Shown: positions 51,481 through 64,000 of the stretch, piece by piece
Layout: each line of letters starts with the position of its first letter
How positions within the stretch are numbered: position 1 is the first letter of the stretch
Assembly (NCBI RefSeq): GCF_035084215.1
Contig: NC_090348.1
Location: forward strand, 18,600,001 to 18,664,000
DNA length: 64,000 bases
Direction: 5' to 3'
Source of the DNA: Heptranchias perlo
Lineage: Eukaryota
Position numbers and translations under genes: made by a program
The notes under the pieces: model-generated
Told to the model about the DNA's origin: nothing
Databases searched by the model: none
The model's input: the letters and a program-made list of their open reading frames with translations, nothing else

Positions 51481-52999
51481 CTTTCAATAGCAGCAAAACA
51501 AAACATATAGCGTTATATGTATTAGTATTGCTCATCTACAATTACATTATCCAAGCACACTGAAGGGTCTTGATTTTTGTTTCACATTTGTATTCAAATG
51601 TTCTCTTTATGCCTCTATTTCCTGAATTTTACCAAGTAATTTAGAAACATGCTACAGTTAAAAATCTATTTCTCTTTATAGGTTTAGATTCTAAAATAGC
51701 AAATATTGTCAAATATGTATCAATAGAATTTGTAATGCACATTTAGAGGGCCATGTATTTCTTTTCTATATTCAGAAAACACCTTGATAATTATCAACAT
51801 TCTCCATTAAATATTTTAGTCCCCTGCATCCACGGTAACCCAAAAACCTAATTTAGCCTGTGAAAGCTGGTAATGGTATTAAAAGTTAAAAAAGGATTTA
51901 ATGGGAGCAAATAAAAGTAATTCAAATGACAAATCATTCACACAATTATGATTTGCAGATCACCCAACTATATCTGCATTAGTTTGGGCTTTTTTTTAAA
52001 ACTCAAGAGTGCAATGTTTAGCACTTTCTGAATTGTCACTGGCCATTTAGGTTTGACTTTTAGTGAAAGTGTTTTTATGGCACAAGAGCTAAACAACTGT
52101 TAGGCAGCCTGGCGCCATTACCATTCATGACCTGTAGCCTGTCGGTTCAGCATCAGCTGGAATAAATGGGATATCAAGGTCTGATGTTACAGATGCTGAC
52201 ATGTTTAGATCAAATTTGTTTTAATTCCATTGACTAAGTAATTAGATTAACTTCAAATTGCCCAGCTGTAAAAGAAAGTATTTTCAGGAAATAGTACATA
52301 TGCATGAAATTGCAATCATTGAGCAGACTCCAAGAAAAAAAAATTACCGGTTCACCTGAGGTACTTCATATATAATTACTTTATATAATTACTCCTTGGT
52401 ATTTTATATCATGATTTGTATGGTCAATAAGACAAAGAAACTTTGTCCACAAGTGAAAATAGTGCAATCCATTTACAAAGTTGAAATCTACAATCTGCTT
52501 ACAGTAAAAGCGGCCAAAAATACATGACACTTCTGGTGCTTTCCCACCAAAAGTAAGGGCAGGAATGCAGCAAAAAGGCTGCAATTTAGCAATCCCAGCC
52601 TTCGCCATCAGTTTCCGTGGGGCCAAGTTTGGAGTGGAAACTCCGCCTGCCACAAACAAGGTCACCTGCACCAGTGGAGGCCAGGGGTAGGGAGCTCCCA
52701 AGCTGGGTGTTTCCTTGGCTCCAACCTGGGAATCTACTGGCAAGTCGAGGTAAGGCGAAGTTGCCTGCTGGCTGTGGAATTGAAACCTACCTAGGGATCC
52801 AAGCCTGGCTGTGACCTGGATCTCCAAAGGTTTCTTAAAACAGTTCAAGGTTTATTTGGTTCCCTTATGAAGAGGACTGTTGGAGAACTTCCAGCATGTT
52901 CCTGGGGGTGGCCCCTAGAACTGAACCCCCAGAGTAGGCAGCTCCGCTGGAATTGCCAGCCAAGCAACAACCTACCATTTGTTTAGCGTTAAAATCCAC

Positions 53000-53720
53000 A
53001 ATGCAGTTTGGATAGATAAAGAAAATTCAGTAGATGTAGTATATATGGATTTTCAGACGGTGGCTGATTAAGATATCTCACAAGATGCTTGTAAGAAAAT
53101 TTCAGGCATGTGATTTCAGAGGAAATGTAGCAGCATGGATAGAAAGTTGGTTAATGGACAGGAAACAAAGTTAGGGTAAACTGGTCTTGCTCAAACTGGA
53201 AGAGAGTCAGAAGTAGTCTACCTCAGGGGTCAGTGCTGGGTCAACTTTTGTTCGTGGTATGTATAGATATTCGAATTAGGTACAGGGAATACAATTTCAA
53301 AATTTGCTGACAACACAAAAGGTAGGAGGTATGGCAATGAGGAGGACTGTAAAAAACTTCAGGAAGACACAGACAGGTTAGCAGAATGGGTAGACAGGTG
53401 GTAGAAGCAACTTAATGTGGTAAATGTGAAATAATACATTTTGGGAGAAAAAACAGGGAATGAGAATATACACTCAATGGAAAGACACTGAGGGTATTGG
53501 TGAGAGAGACCCATGAGCTCAAATATATAATTCCTCGAAAGTATGAGTGCAAGGGGAGAAAGCCATAAAAAAGGTGAATAGAAATTTTGATTTTATAAAT
53601 AGGAATATAAAGTATACAAAACATAAGTTGGATCATGGTTGGAATACTCTGCAGTTTTGGGCACCCGAAAAAATGTTAAAGTCATAGAGTGCATTCAGCA
53701 TAGATTCACCAGGATGCCTT
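53000..53720 (+). mobile_element. Decayed CR1 RT fragment
   Basis: VDVVYMDFQT, WIESWLMDRKQ, LPQGSVLGQLLFVV, ISKFADNTK. Confidence 0.8.
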
Positions 53721-55049
53721 AGTTTTAAAACACGTGTATTTATTCCTCTTTCCACTATTTCTGAATTTTTTTTTTAAAAGAATTGCTATTTAGGATGGAC
53801 TATGATTGTCTCCCATAACAGAGCATACTTCAGCAGTTAATGGAAATTGTAGAGTTCCCAAATTATTGTAGAGTGCTGATTGCTCATCCCCACCAGCCCA
53901 TTTCATTCTTCTGCCATTGTTCAGGTGCTAGAACAGTTGATCAGATCTGCTGGCTCACAGCTCCTGCCCACCCATGATTCCTCAGGTCTACCACAGACCC
54001 AAGACAGCCAAGCAGAAATTTTGCTGCAACACAAACCACAGTCCCCACCCCAGCTACAGAGGTGATTGCTAAAGGCAGCAAGTGTTCATTTCCAGTAATC
54101 CCGTCGTCAAGCTCCATGCACTGATGGCTGTGGACATGCCGAATTTAAAAATCAACACAGACCCTGTCTATTTAAATACACTCCTGTTTCAGTAATTCAC
54201 TAAGATGCCACAGAAATTACAAGAAAAATAAGTCAAATGTTTTAAGATGCTTTGTTGGATCAAGTCACCCTTTAAATGATAAATTCCAATGACATCTTTG
54301 AAACTCAACTCATATACGCTATTTGCATCCTGTCCAAAAATACAAATGGTTCTTGACAGAGAAAAAAAGTCAAATGGTAAGCGCCAACAAAAAGTTAAGA
54401 CATAAAATAAAAGATAGAGCCAACAAAGAAAAAAGTAACAGGTTAAGAGAGCTGAGTGAACGTTGTATATAATATACATAGTCACAGATATCGTTACAGC
54501 TCCAGACTACCCATGAGCAACACCACAAGAGATCACTGAGTACTGGATATGTACACGCATACGCAGTAGTGGATCTCCTGTGGCGTTCCTCATGGTGAGT
54601 CGAAGGATACGCTGATGCAGTGAGGTTTGGAATAACTTAAGAGGCTGAGGCTTTGGTTGGGGAGTATGAGGATGGGAACATTTCAATGGAGCTGGGGCCT
54701 GGGAGTATAGTGTAGAGACCAGTCACAGCTAACATGCCTACAGAAGAACGGCCACAACCAATGAACCTGGAAGAGAGTGGCCATTGAGTGTAGAGAGACC
54801 AAACATAGCAATTTCAAAAGCACTGCATGAAGGGGAAGGAATCAAGTGGAGCTGATTACTGGAAAAGAGACCATATGCTCCAACTTATCAAGAACAACAT
54901 CACAGGAGATCCACTGTTATATTGCACTGGAAAACATACCAAATAAGGTGTCAAAAATTTAAATGTTCTTGGCGGGGTGGGGGGGGGGGGGGGGGAGGGG
55001 GAGAAGGTGAAATATCCCAGAAGCCCCTTGAGAAAATGTTTTGTGCAAG

Positions 55050-55385
55050 ATGTACAATGCAGCCACTTTGACAGTTTCCAGTACACCAGTGACCTCAAAA
55101 TATATATTTTGATTCTGGGTCTTCAGTCATGCTTAATGTCATTTTGTGACTTTCAAATGAGACATTAGCAGACACCCCATCTAACAGCTCAGGCGTACGT
55201 GAACGATCCTGTGGTACTATTCAAAGAGCAGGGCGTTCTCCCAGCGTCTTGGCCAATACTTTTCCTTCAACCAGTATTCTCAAAAATAGACTACTGGGTC
55301 ATTTATCTTACTGCTGTTCGTGGGACTTTGCAGTGCACAAATAGGCTGCCACACTTGCCTACATAACAATAGTGCATGTACTTCA
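55050..55385 (+). mobile_element. Diverged SINE copy
   Basis: Core gatcctgtggtactattcaaagagcagggcgttctccc..ggccaatac. Confidence 0.65.
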
Positions 55386-56710
55386 GCAACTTGCCATGCA
55401 AAAAATTTTAAAAACCTAAACGTGCAAGGGCAAATCTAACTAACAGCAGACGCCGCTGGATGCCCTGATTCATGAATCTCAACACATGGGCATAGTATTT
55501 CTTTGAGAACCATTTCATCTGGATATGGTCAAAGGACCTTTGTTGCATGGCTTGCTGGTGCTGTCATCTTTAGGAAAATGGTTGAATCAAAAACCTCTAG
55601 CTAACAATGCACCTGTTACCATATAGATACTGTTGAACAGAATGGACTGCCTAATGCCCTGTTCAGTTACCCCCGAATGTGGAAGGAGCCTATGGTATAG
55701 AGGTCGAAGGTTACAGTGGCCTTCATATGATCAAATCAGAAGGAGTTTCCAGATCTGTGTGCAACTGATAGCATACATCAATAAATGCATTTCTGCTGAG
55801 ATGAAAATGACACAAACTGCAATTTTGTCAATAACTAATTGTAGATTTTGGGCCTCTGACTATCCTGAAAAAGGGTGATTCCCATCCTAAGGAGCTCTTC
55901 TTTTCTGTTCTCTCATTGCTATATTAAGTGTGCTGCCATCAAACAAGCGACAGCTGCTACTCAATTCTTTGACTATAGAAGTAGTGTAATTTTCATCTAC
56001 TTGGTCATATTACTATTCTTTGCAGAAAGGGATCTTATTTGTATTGTTTAATTCTATTTCTTCAAGCAGCCACAAAGTGGAATCATTTGTTCTTTTCAAG
56101 ACAATTATAGGCACTCAATAAGTAATTTCTGGCTCTTCTGCTTGCTTGCCTGCTGAACAACAATTCCCCAATAACTGCCTTTATAGTCCACCCACACTTC
56201 AATAAACCATCCTCATCTCATGAGCACTGTATGAAAATTTACTGAACCACACATATTGAGCTATCAGCATAGAGGAAATGTTAGGAGCAATATTTATGAT
56301 CGATAAGATTTACAAATCTATTTAAATATTTCATACATGCCAATGTAGAAAACAAGAAAAACCTAAGCAAAATCTTCAAAAAATTATAGCTCAAACAGCC
56401 CTTGTGTCAATAAGCCTTGTGACATATGAAGACAAGAAGTTAGACTAAAAGTGCATTGGGACACAGCCTTGTAATTCAAGCTGCAGGTATACCCAACCTT
56501 CCATCACATATGTTGTAAACAAGATAAAAATCTACAATATACAATAGTGCAGTTTGTAGTAGTAGTAGTAGTGGATTTAAAAAACTGAAGCAGGAAGTGA
56601 TGAATGTGCAAATTTTATTTCCTGAAGGGTACAGAGGACTTGTGCCTCAGAAAATGTTGATTTTTGGAACTGAGTTAGGTGATTTTACCAGCATTTTAGG
56701 ATCCACCATA

Positions 56711-57462
56711 TTTTTTTTTATTCATTCATTGGATGTGGGCGTCGCTGGCAAGGCCAGCATTTATTGCCCATCCCTAATTGCTCGAGAAGGTGGTGTTGAG
56801 CTGCCTTCTTGAACCACTGCAGTCCATGTGGTGAAGGTTCTCCCACAGTGCTGTTAGGAAGGGAGTTCCAGGATTTTGACACAGCGACGATGAAGGAACG
56901 GCGATATATTTCCAAGTCGGGATGGTGTGTGACTTGGAGGGGAACGTGCAGGTGGTGCTGTTCCCAAGTGCCTGCTGCCCTTGTCCTTCTAGGTGGTAGA
57001 GGTCGTGGGTTTGGGAGGTGCTGTCGAAGAAACCTTGGCGAATTGCTGCAGTGCATCCTGTGGATGGTACACACTGCAGCCACTGTGCGTTGTTGGTGGA
57101 GGGAGTGAATGTTTAGGGTGGTGGATGGGGTGCCATTCAAGCGGGCTGCTTTGTCCTGGATGGTGTCGAGCTTCTTGAGTGTTGTTGGAGTTGCACTCAT
57201 CCAGGCAAGTGGAGAGTATTCCATCACACTCCTGACTTATGCCTTGTAGATGGTGGAAAGGCTTTGGGGAGTCAGGAGGTGAGTCACTCGCCGCAGAATA
57301 CCCGGCCTCTGACCTGCTCTTTTAGGCACAGTATTTATATGGCTGGTCCAGTTAAGTTTTTGGTCAATGGTGACCCCCAGGATGTTGATGGTGGGGGATT
57401 CGGTGATGGTAATGCCACTGAATGTCAAAGGGAGGTGGTTAGACTCTCTCTCTTGTTGGAGA
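56711..57462 (-). mobile_element. 3' fragment of the same LINE family as 3396-5507
   Basis: Near-identical peptides (MMEYSPLAWMSATPTTLKKLDTIQDKAARL..). Poly-A tail reads as T-run at 56711. Confidence 0.92.
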
Positions 57463-58983
57463 ATTATGCGTTTCAACCCAAAAATAATTTACTCTGGAAT
57501 GATTACAGATATTTTAAATATAAAAATAAAAAGTTGTAGCAACTCCAACACAACTTTACATTATATTAGTTAACAAACTAAAACCACTTACAACACAACA
57601 GCAATAATCTCAACCAGCAGTGCATTCTATATTCACAAGACAAAACGCTCTCTCTATCTCATCTGTCCCTGTGCCAGACCTGGACAGACCCCAAGGCAGG
57701 CCAGAAGTAGACAGGGCTTCCTTGGATTGAGGGTATGCTGATTTAATTATTTTAAACAAATCAGTTTTGATAAAGAATTATACTCAAATATTAACGTGTC
57801 TGTTCCTCTTCCTCGGTTAGATCCTAATCAACATGCTGTACATTTCAAACATTTTCTGTTTTTACAAACTTAAAACATATGAGGCTAGAAATTATTGTTA
57901 ATAGCAAACAAATGCTTGATGTGTTCCTATGGCATTCTGTAGTCTGCTATTTTAACAGATTCATTAACCTATACAAAACAGGTTAACGTCGCCCTTAAAA
58001 TAAAGGACAGAGGAATGTCATATGAATGTGTCAAGCACTCATCCACTCTTACTGATGACAGCAATTACCAGTCTATGCTGCATTTTTGACCTTAGTACCA
58101 AAAATAAAAAAATTGAAATTAGTACACACTGCAATCATGAAAAAGCTGAAGTGCCTGAAAGCATGATTTGCCTCAGAAACGAGGAGCTGAATTTTTTGCT
58201 CTCAGGTGGACCTGACTGGCTCCAGTCTTGGGTTTGCCATCTATCACCTCTTAATCTTTTGCCACCTCTCAACTGTCCTCGTAGATGCTGACCGCTCCAA
58301 TGGATACTCTTCTTGGCTACTGCATTGTGAGAAAGGGACCTCCACCAAGTGCATCAAGAAACAAAAACAGCTTTCAAAATTCAAGATAACCAAGCGCTAC
58401 ACTTAAAAAAAGGCCATCAATCCTCAGCACATGTCACAGTAATACATTGTAGTACAATCCTAAATAAGAGAATCCTCATGTAATTTTTAAATTAAGTGAA
58501 ACTTGTCACTACTCTAACATCACTCCTTATTTAATCTCCAAATCATAGCAATTATGCAAGTGCAGTAACAAAAATGCTTCAATAAAGCCAGTTAATGCGT
58601 TCACACCAGAGCTCATCCTATTTACCTCCAAAAAGTGGCTTTCGCTAATCTTGAAGACAGTAAACCTTCAAATAAGGCAACAGCTGAACATGCCCCAGAA
58701 TGTTTGGTGGAGGAAAATCAAGTTTTTAAAGCTGCATTCTAGCAACTAATTGTTAACACCACAAAAAAAAACAAATCATTTAAAAACTTTTCTGCGTTTC
58801 CTTACCGTACAACATTATTGGTTGTGAAGCACTTTGAGATGCCCTGAGCTCGTAAAAGGTGCTATATAAATGCAAACTCCTTCTTTCTTTCAAATCCATG
58901 CACAGTCAACTCATCCTAAAACTCAAGTGCGTGCATAACGAGCTGTTTTCAGTTTGCTAATTCATTAGTGGTGAACTGCCTTT

Positions 58984-59030
58984 GTTGCCATAGTAACTGA
59001 GTAGAGTGTCTGTATTAGACCAATCAGCAT
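58984..59030. promoter_or_regulatory. RFX X-box plus CCAAT box
   Basis: GTTGCCATAGTAAC (58984-58997) fits the RFX consensus GTNRCC(N)RGYAAC; gaccaatcag lies about 20 bp downstream. Confidence 0.4.
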
Positions 59031-59411
59031 CCACAGAGAAATGTAAGTAAGTAAAGTCTGAATTATTTGCTCCAACAGGTTTCAGTCCTGCCCTCCAATC
59101 AATCTGCCTGGTTCCCACAACCTTCAACTAATTGGATTCGTTCTGACAAACTTCAGCCCCACCTTCTAACTAATCTGATTGGTACTGATGACCTCCAACC
59201 CCAGTGAAAAAAGTTAGCAGGTTTAGACTGAGTTGAAATAGGGATGGCCAACTTAAAACACTGATGATTGACATGTGTGATATGTGGAGCAATGTTGAGT
59301 ATTGCCCCATGGGAGTGACCACTATTTGTATGACAGTCTAGATAATGAGTGAAAAAGGTTATTCAACTACACAAGCCATCACAGGCGAACTCATCAAGAA
59401 CAAAAGAACAA

Positions 59412-59822
59412 ACAAATTTGCATTTATATAGAGCCTTTCACAACTTCACAGCCCCTGAAGGACTTTTTGAAGTAAACTCTCTATACAATGTATGGAATTG
59501 CAGCAGTCAATTTGTGCATCACAAGGTTTCGCAAACAGCAATGAGATAATAACCAGATATTCTGTTTTATTTATGTTAGTTGAAGGATAAATACTGGCCA
59601 GGATACCAAGAGAATTCCTGTCCTCTTCTTCGAATAGTTCCATGGGATCGTTTACGTCCACCTGAGAGATCAAATGGTTCCTCGGTTTAACGCCTCATCT
59701 GAAAAATGGCACCTCCCTCAGTACTGAAGAGTCAGCCTAGATTATGAGTTCAAGTCTGTGGAGTGGGGCTTTATTCCACGACCTTCTGACTCAGACAAGA
59801 GTGCGAACACTGAGCCAAGGTT
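59412..59822 (-). mobile_element. SacSINE1/DeuSINE-like SINE
   Basis: Collinear with 31292-31725. Confidence 0.85.
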
Positions 59823-61226
59823 GTCATTATGACCCAGAAACCGCTCAATGCTTCCTTTAGCCAGCTACTAGGAAGTTCAAGGTACCATCTAATTTGGACA
59901 TCTTATCCCATTTTCTCTCCTCCTTCGAGACATGCTACACCCTCCAATCAGCATCTCCCCATTTGACAGAACTCAAACAAGGTACTAAACAAGTTGTATC
60001 TTCTCACGATGTGGCATGAGGATTCGTGCTCCGTTACACTTTTGTGCTGCCTGCTTAATTGCCCCAACCCTACATATTATAAAGATATTTGTACGTTCAT
60101 CAGCATCTCTTTTTTCCCTGCCTTTATACTTTAGAACGTTGGTTACAGCCAGCTTGTGAGTGCTGAGCATTACCCAGTGTCCCCATTTTGGGGAGTGATT
60201 GAGGCGAACCTTCAGGAGTATCATACAATGGGGAATTCTGCACAAACGTCTGCTTCCAGGGTGCTCCTGATTAGCAGTTTTAACACAAATAGAACAAGAC
60301 ATAAGTGAGGCACACCAATAAGTACATAGGTATTTAGGACTTGGGGCAATGTAATGGAATACAATTCTCCCTTAAAAAAATGTTGCCATTTTATTTTTTT
60401 AAAACATCCTAAACTGTGGAGCACTTAGAGACTACTCAGGCTTAGCCACACTATTCAAAACACCTGCTACAAAATGCTGTGCTCTGCACAGAGAAACAGA
60501 GGTTGAAGAGCCATACTGATTAAGCTGTTTCCCAGAATTAAACATAAGCACATAATCTATAGTAACCAGTCTAGGCCAAAGCTACAGATCAGAGGTTAGC
60601 TCTAATCCTATGATGATCATCTTCATCACAGATGCTATATTTAGAATTACTCTCATTTCTAAATGTTAAGAAACCACAAATGTAGCAGACTCCAATATCG
60701 TGATTGACTGCAAGCTCACCAAGTTATTTTCAATAATTATATTTTTGAATATTTAAACACTGTAATCTTCTTAATGTTGAATATTGCTATTGATAACATA
60801 TGAATAACATCTGAAAATGGACTATGCTGTGGATCAATTGAAAACACAAACTAGATGTTAACATTACTCAGAGGTTTCACAAAGCAAATCCCTAAGCATG
60901 ACTTAAAGCCCACTAGCATGAGTACTTTTCTTCCCAAATTGGCAACAAAATTGATTTTAAACTTAACAAGATAGGCCCTGAAGATTCTGGGTTCAGGGAA
61001 AGCGGTAAAGAAGATTTACAGCTTGAGGGCCAGGAATTTCAGGCAGCACCTGTTCCTCTGGTATTCCACTTCATTTACAGTGCTCCTTTTAATTCGATTA
61101 AGGGGCAGTGGGTGGATCTTCTGATGCTGCCTTCATGTCAAGGAGCCATGTCTGTGTGTGTTCCTGGGCTACCTCAAGAAATTCTGCCTGTTCCACCCTA
61201 ACGACGCTTCAGGGGAACTCACACCT

Positions 61227-62833
61227 CCTTCTTCTTTGGCAGTCCCTCAGGGTCGAGGATGACTCGCTTCCACTCCGGGAGGGTGGGTTCTGCGGTGGCT
61301 GAATAGTCCAATCCTGGAGCCGCAGACTCTGCCACAGGTGGGGCAGGCAGTGTTTAATAAGGCAGGTGGGTGAGACACTCTAGATTCTGAGCGCTCTTTC
61401 CGCTGCTTACACTTGGCCTCCACGTGCTCCACACAGTGACGCTCAAGGTGATTGGTGCCTTTGCGGAAGCTTCTTCTCCAGTTTGGGCGTTCTAGGGCAA
61501 GCGATTCCCACGTGTCGATGGGGATGTTGCATTTTTTCAGGGAGGCTTTGAGAGTGTCTTTATAGCGTTTCCTCTGCCCTCCAAGTGATTGCCTGCCATT
61601 GCGGAGCTCGGAGCAGAGCACTTGTTTAGGGAATCTGGTGTCGGGCATGCAGACAACGTGGCCCGCCCATCGCAGCTGGTTGAGCATGACCAGTGCCTCG
61701 ATACTGGGGATGTTAGCCTGGGAGAGAACGCACATGTTGGTACGCCTACCCTGCCAGTGGATTTGCAGGATTTTGCGGAGGCAACATTGGTGATATCTTT
61801 CCAGGGATTTGAGGTGTCTGCTGTACATTGTCCATGTTTCTGATGCGTACAGGAGGGCGGGGACCACAGCTGCTCTGTAGACCACGAGCTTGGTGCTGGA
61901 TTTGAGGTCTCAGTCTTCGAACACTCTGTTCCTCAGGCGTCCGAAGGCTACACCGGCGCATTGGAGTCGATGTTGAATTTCATCATTGATGTCTGCTCGC
62001 GCCGAGAGGAGGCTCCCGAGGTATGGGAAATGATCCACGCTGTCCAGAGGCTCACCGTGGATCTTGATGGTCGGGGGGCAGTGCTGTGTGGCAGGAGCGG
62101 GCTGGTAGAGGACCTTTGTTTTCCGGATGTTTAGCCTGAGGCCCATTCTCTCATATGCCTCGGTGAATGCGTCAATGATGGTTTGTAGCTCGACCTCTGA
62201 GCGTGCGCACACGCAGGCGTCGTCTGCGTACTGCAGCTCGATGACAAAAGTTGGGGTGGTCTTGATTCTGGCCTGGAGGCGTCGAAGGTTGAACAGTTTC
62301 CCACTTGTCCTGTAGGTTAGCTCCACTCTGGCGGGGAGCTTCGTGGTGATGGGGTGGAGTGTTGCAGCGAGGAAGATGGAGAAGAGCGGTGGTGCGATGA
62401 CGCAGCCCTGCGTGACCCCAGTTTGCACTCGTATTGGGTCTCTGGTGGATCCGTTGGTGAGGATCACGGCTCGCATGTCACCGTGGAGCAGGTGGAGAAT
62501 GGTGACCAATTTCTGCGGACAGCCAAATTTGAGGATGCTCCACAATCCCTCACGGTTGACAGATTCGAAGGCCTTTGCGAGATTGAAGAAGGCCATGCAC
62601 AGAGGTTGATGCTGCTCCCTGCACTTTTCCTGGACTTGTCGCGCGCTAAAGATCATGTCCATTGTGCCTCTTGACGGGCGGAAGCCGCATTGAGACTCAG
62701 GGAGGAGCTCTTCAGCCACTGGAAGGAGGTGGTTGAGGAGGATTCTCGTGATGACCTTTCCCGTGGTGGACAGTAGGGAAATCCCTCTAATTTCCTATTT
62801 CCTTTCTTGAAGATGGTCACAATTACGGGCGCT
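61227..62833 (-). mobile_element. RTE-clade (BovB-like) LINE, 5'-truncated
   Basis: LLPESQCGFRPSRGTMDMIF, GVTQGCVIAPPLF, LQYADD, FPYLGS, LLYASETWT, LRWAGHV, and a C-terminal CPTCGRVCGSRIGLFSHRRTH zinc finger. (GAA)n tail. Exact 13-bp TSD GGAACTCACACCT (61214-61226, 62834-62846). Confidence 0.95.
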
Positions 62834-63032
62834 GGAACTCACACCTATATTACTGGAGACTAGCCAATGCTGGATTCTCTTCAACAATACACATTTCTTG
62901 TAAAAATCAGGCATGAAAATGCTTTTTATAACTTAAAAAACTGCTAGAGATAAATTATTTTACCATTTGTAACTAACCATGAACATTTTCACTTCTGTAT
63001 AATTATATTTTTGCATAATTTTGCAGGGGAGT

Positions 63033-63251
63033 CCTCCTGGTGTCCTGACCAACATTTATCCCCCAACCAACACGTAAAACAGATGATCTGGTCATTTATT
63101 TCATTACTGTTTTTGTACTGAGAGAAAATTGGCTGCTGCTTTTCCTACATTGTAACAGCGACTACACTTCAAAAGTACTTAATTGGCTGTACATTACTTT
63201 AGGACATCCAGAGGTTGTGAAAAACACTACATAAATGTAAGTTCTTTCTTA
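63033..63251 (+). mobile_element. SINE 3' half
   Basis: Core and tail match 12095-12300. Confidence 0.8.
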
Positions 63252-64000
63252 TTTCAGTATGTTTTCCTCTTTGAATTTTGATACACAACACTTTTGCTAA
63301 CAAGTTTATTTCACAAAACTAGTCATATATTGAAATAAACAGCTCGTTTTCTCCTAGTTATACTACAGATGAGAAGTTGTGTCAGTTTTGAAAAATTAGC
63401 CACAAATTGTGTGTACTGGATCAGCGTTGATGTAAAAAAACATTACGAGTTGGTTTCATGCAAGCACTGATTCATGAACTGGACAGTATAACCTTGCAGT
63501 GGAGTCACCTTGAAATCACTTGCTTATTCTAACTGCTACATTATCTTCCCCTCTGCCACACCTGCTAATGGAGCGTCCCAAATGGCACTTTAATAAAAAA
63601 GAATGCCCACGGCAAAGAGGCAACACATGAGTAACAATAAAGTACCAAGAGTTCAATATGGAGTGAACCTGCTGAGCCACAGATCCACCCTCAGCATTTC
63701 CATATATTAAACCTAATTAGGGCACTTATTCAGGCAACAAAGACAGAATCCTCAAAGAAAGGGAAGTCCCAGTAAAATGATTTAAAAACTGGCATTTATG
63801 TTAGGGCTGTATTTACTCTGTAGGGCATTCAACTGGAGTCCACATAAAATGGGTGACTTTTAATGTTAATTGCTTCTAAATGACACTGTTCACAGCAACA
63901 CATTATCCTTTTACACAACCCCAGACGATCATTAAAGCAAATATTTGTACTAAAGACTAAAAGAAGGAGAATTTGGCAAAAGACACTGTGGGTCTGGTAG

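Noticed and set aside
58190-58330. Possible exons on either strand
   Set aside because: Splice signals are ambiguous, donors are weak and the peptides are unrecognisable.
60135-60155. 21-nt plus-strand microexon candidate (..tactttag|AACGTTGGTTACAGCCAGCTT|gtgagt)
   Set aside because: It is opposite to the other exon candidates, has weak exonic donor bases and no partner exon. It shows that such cassettes can occur by chance, though it is not formally excluded.
1-64000. CRISPR array, prokaryotic operon or defence system
   Set aside because: No regularly spaced direct repeats and no gene-dense operon structure; the sequence is eukaryotic repeat-rich DNA.

Overview
Vertebrate, repeat-dominated genomic DNA that is CpG-poor outside young transposons. 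The repeat set (CR1, L2, DeuSINE/SacSINE1-like SINEs, Penelope, RTE, Harbinger) points to a cartilaginous fish (inference). There is no intact, recognisable host gene, rRNA, tRNA or CRISPR array, and almost every long ORF in the track is transposon-derived. Contents: several 5'-truncated CR1/L2/RTE/Tx1 LINE pieces; about ten copies of a tRNA-derived SINE; a decayed near-complete two-gene Harbinger (transposase plus spliced Myb gene); two ~2 kb Harbinger derivatives sharing the same double deletion; an older Harbinger split by a CR1; MITEs; solo LTRs; and Penelope ends carrying minimal hammerhead ribozyme motifs. The unique DNA contains a few well-formed minus-strand splice cassettes (41 and 27 nt) and promoter-like motifs, so the window may lie in long introns of an unidentified minus-strand gene. 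All family names come from motif recall and manual translation, not from database searches. I see no clear-cut novel system; the best leads are the mini-Harbingers, the ribozyme-bearing Penelope foldback and the microexon candidates.
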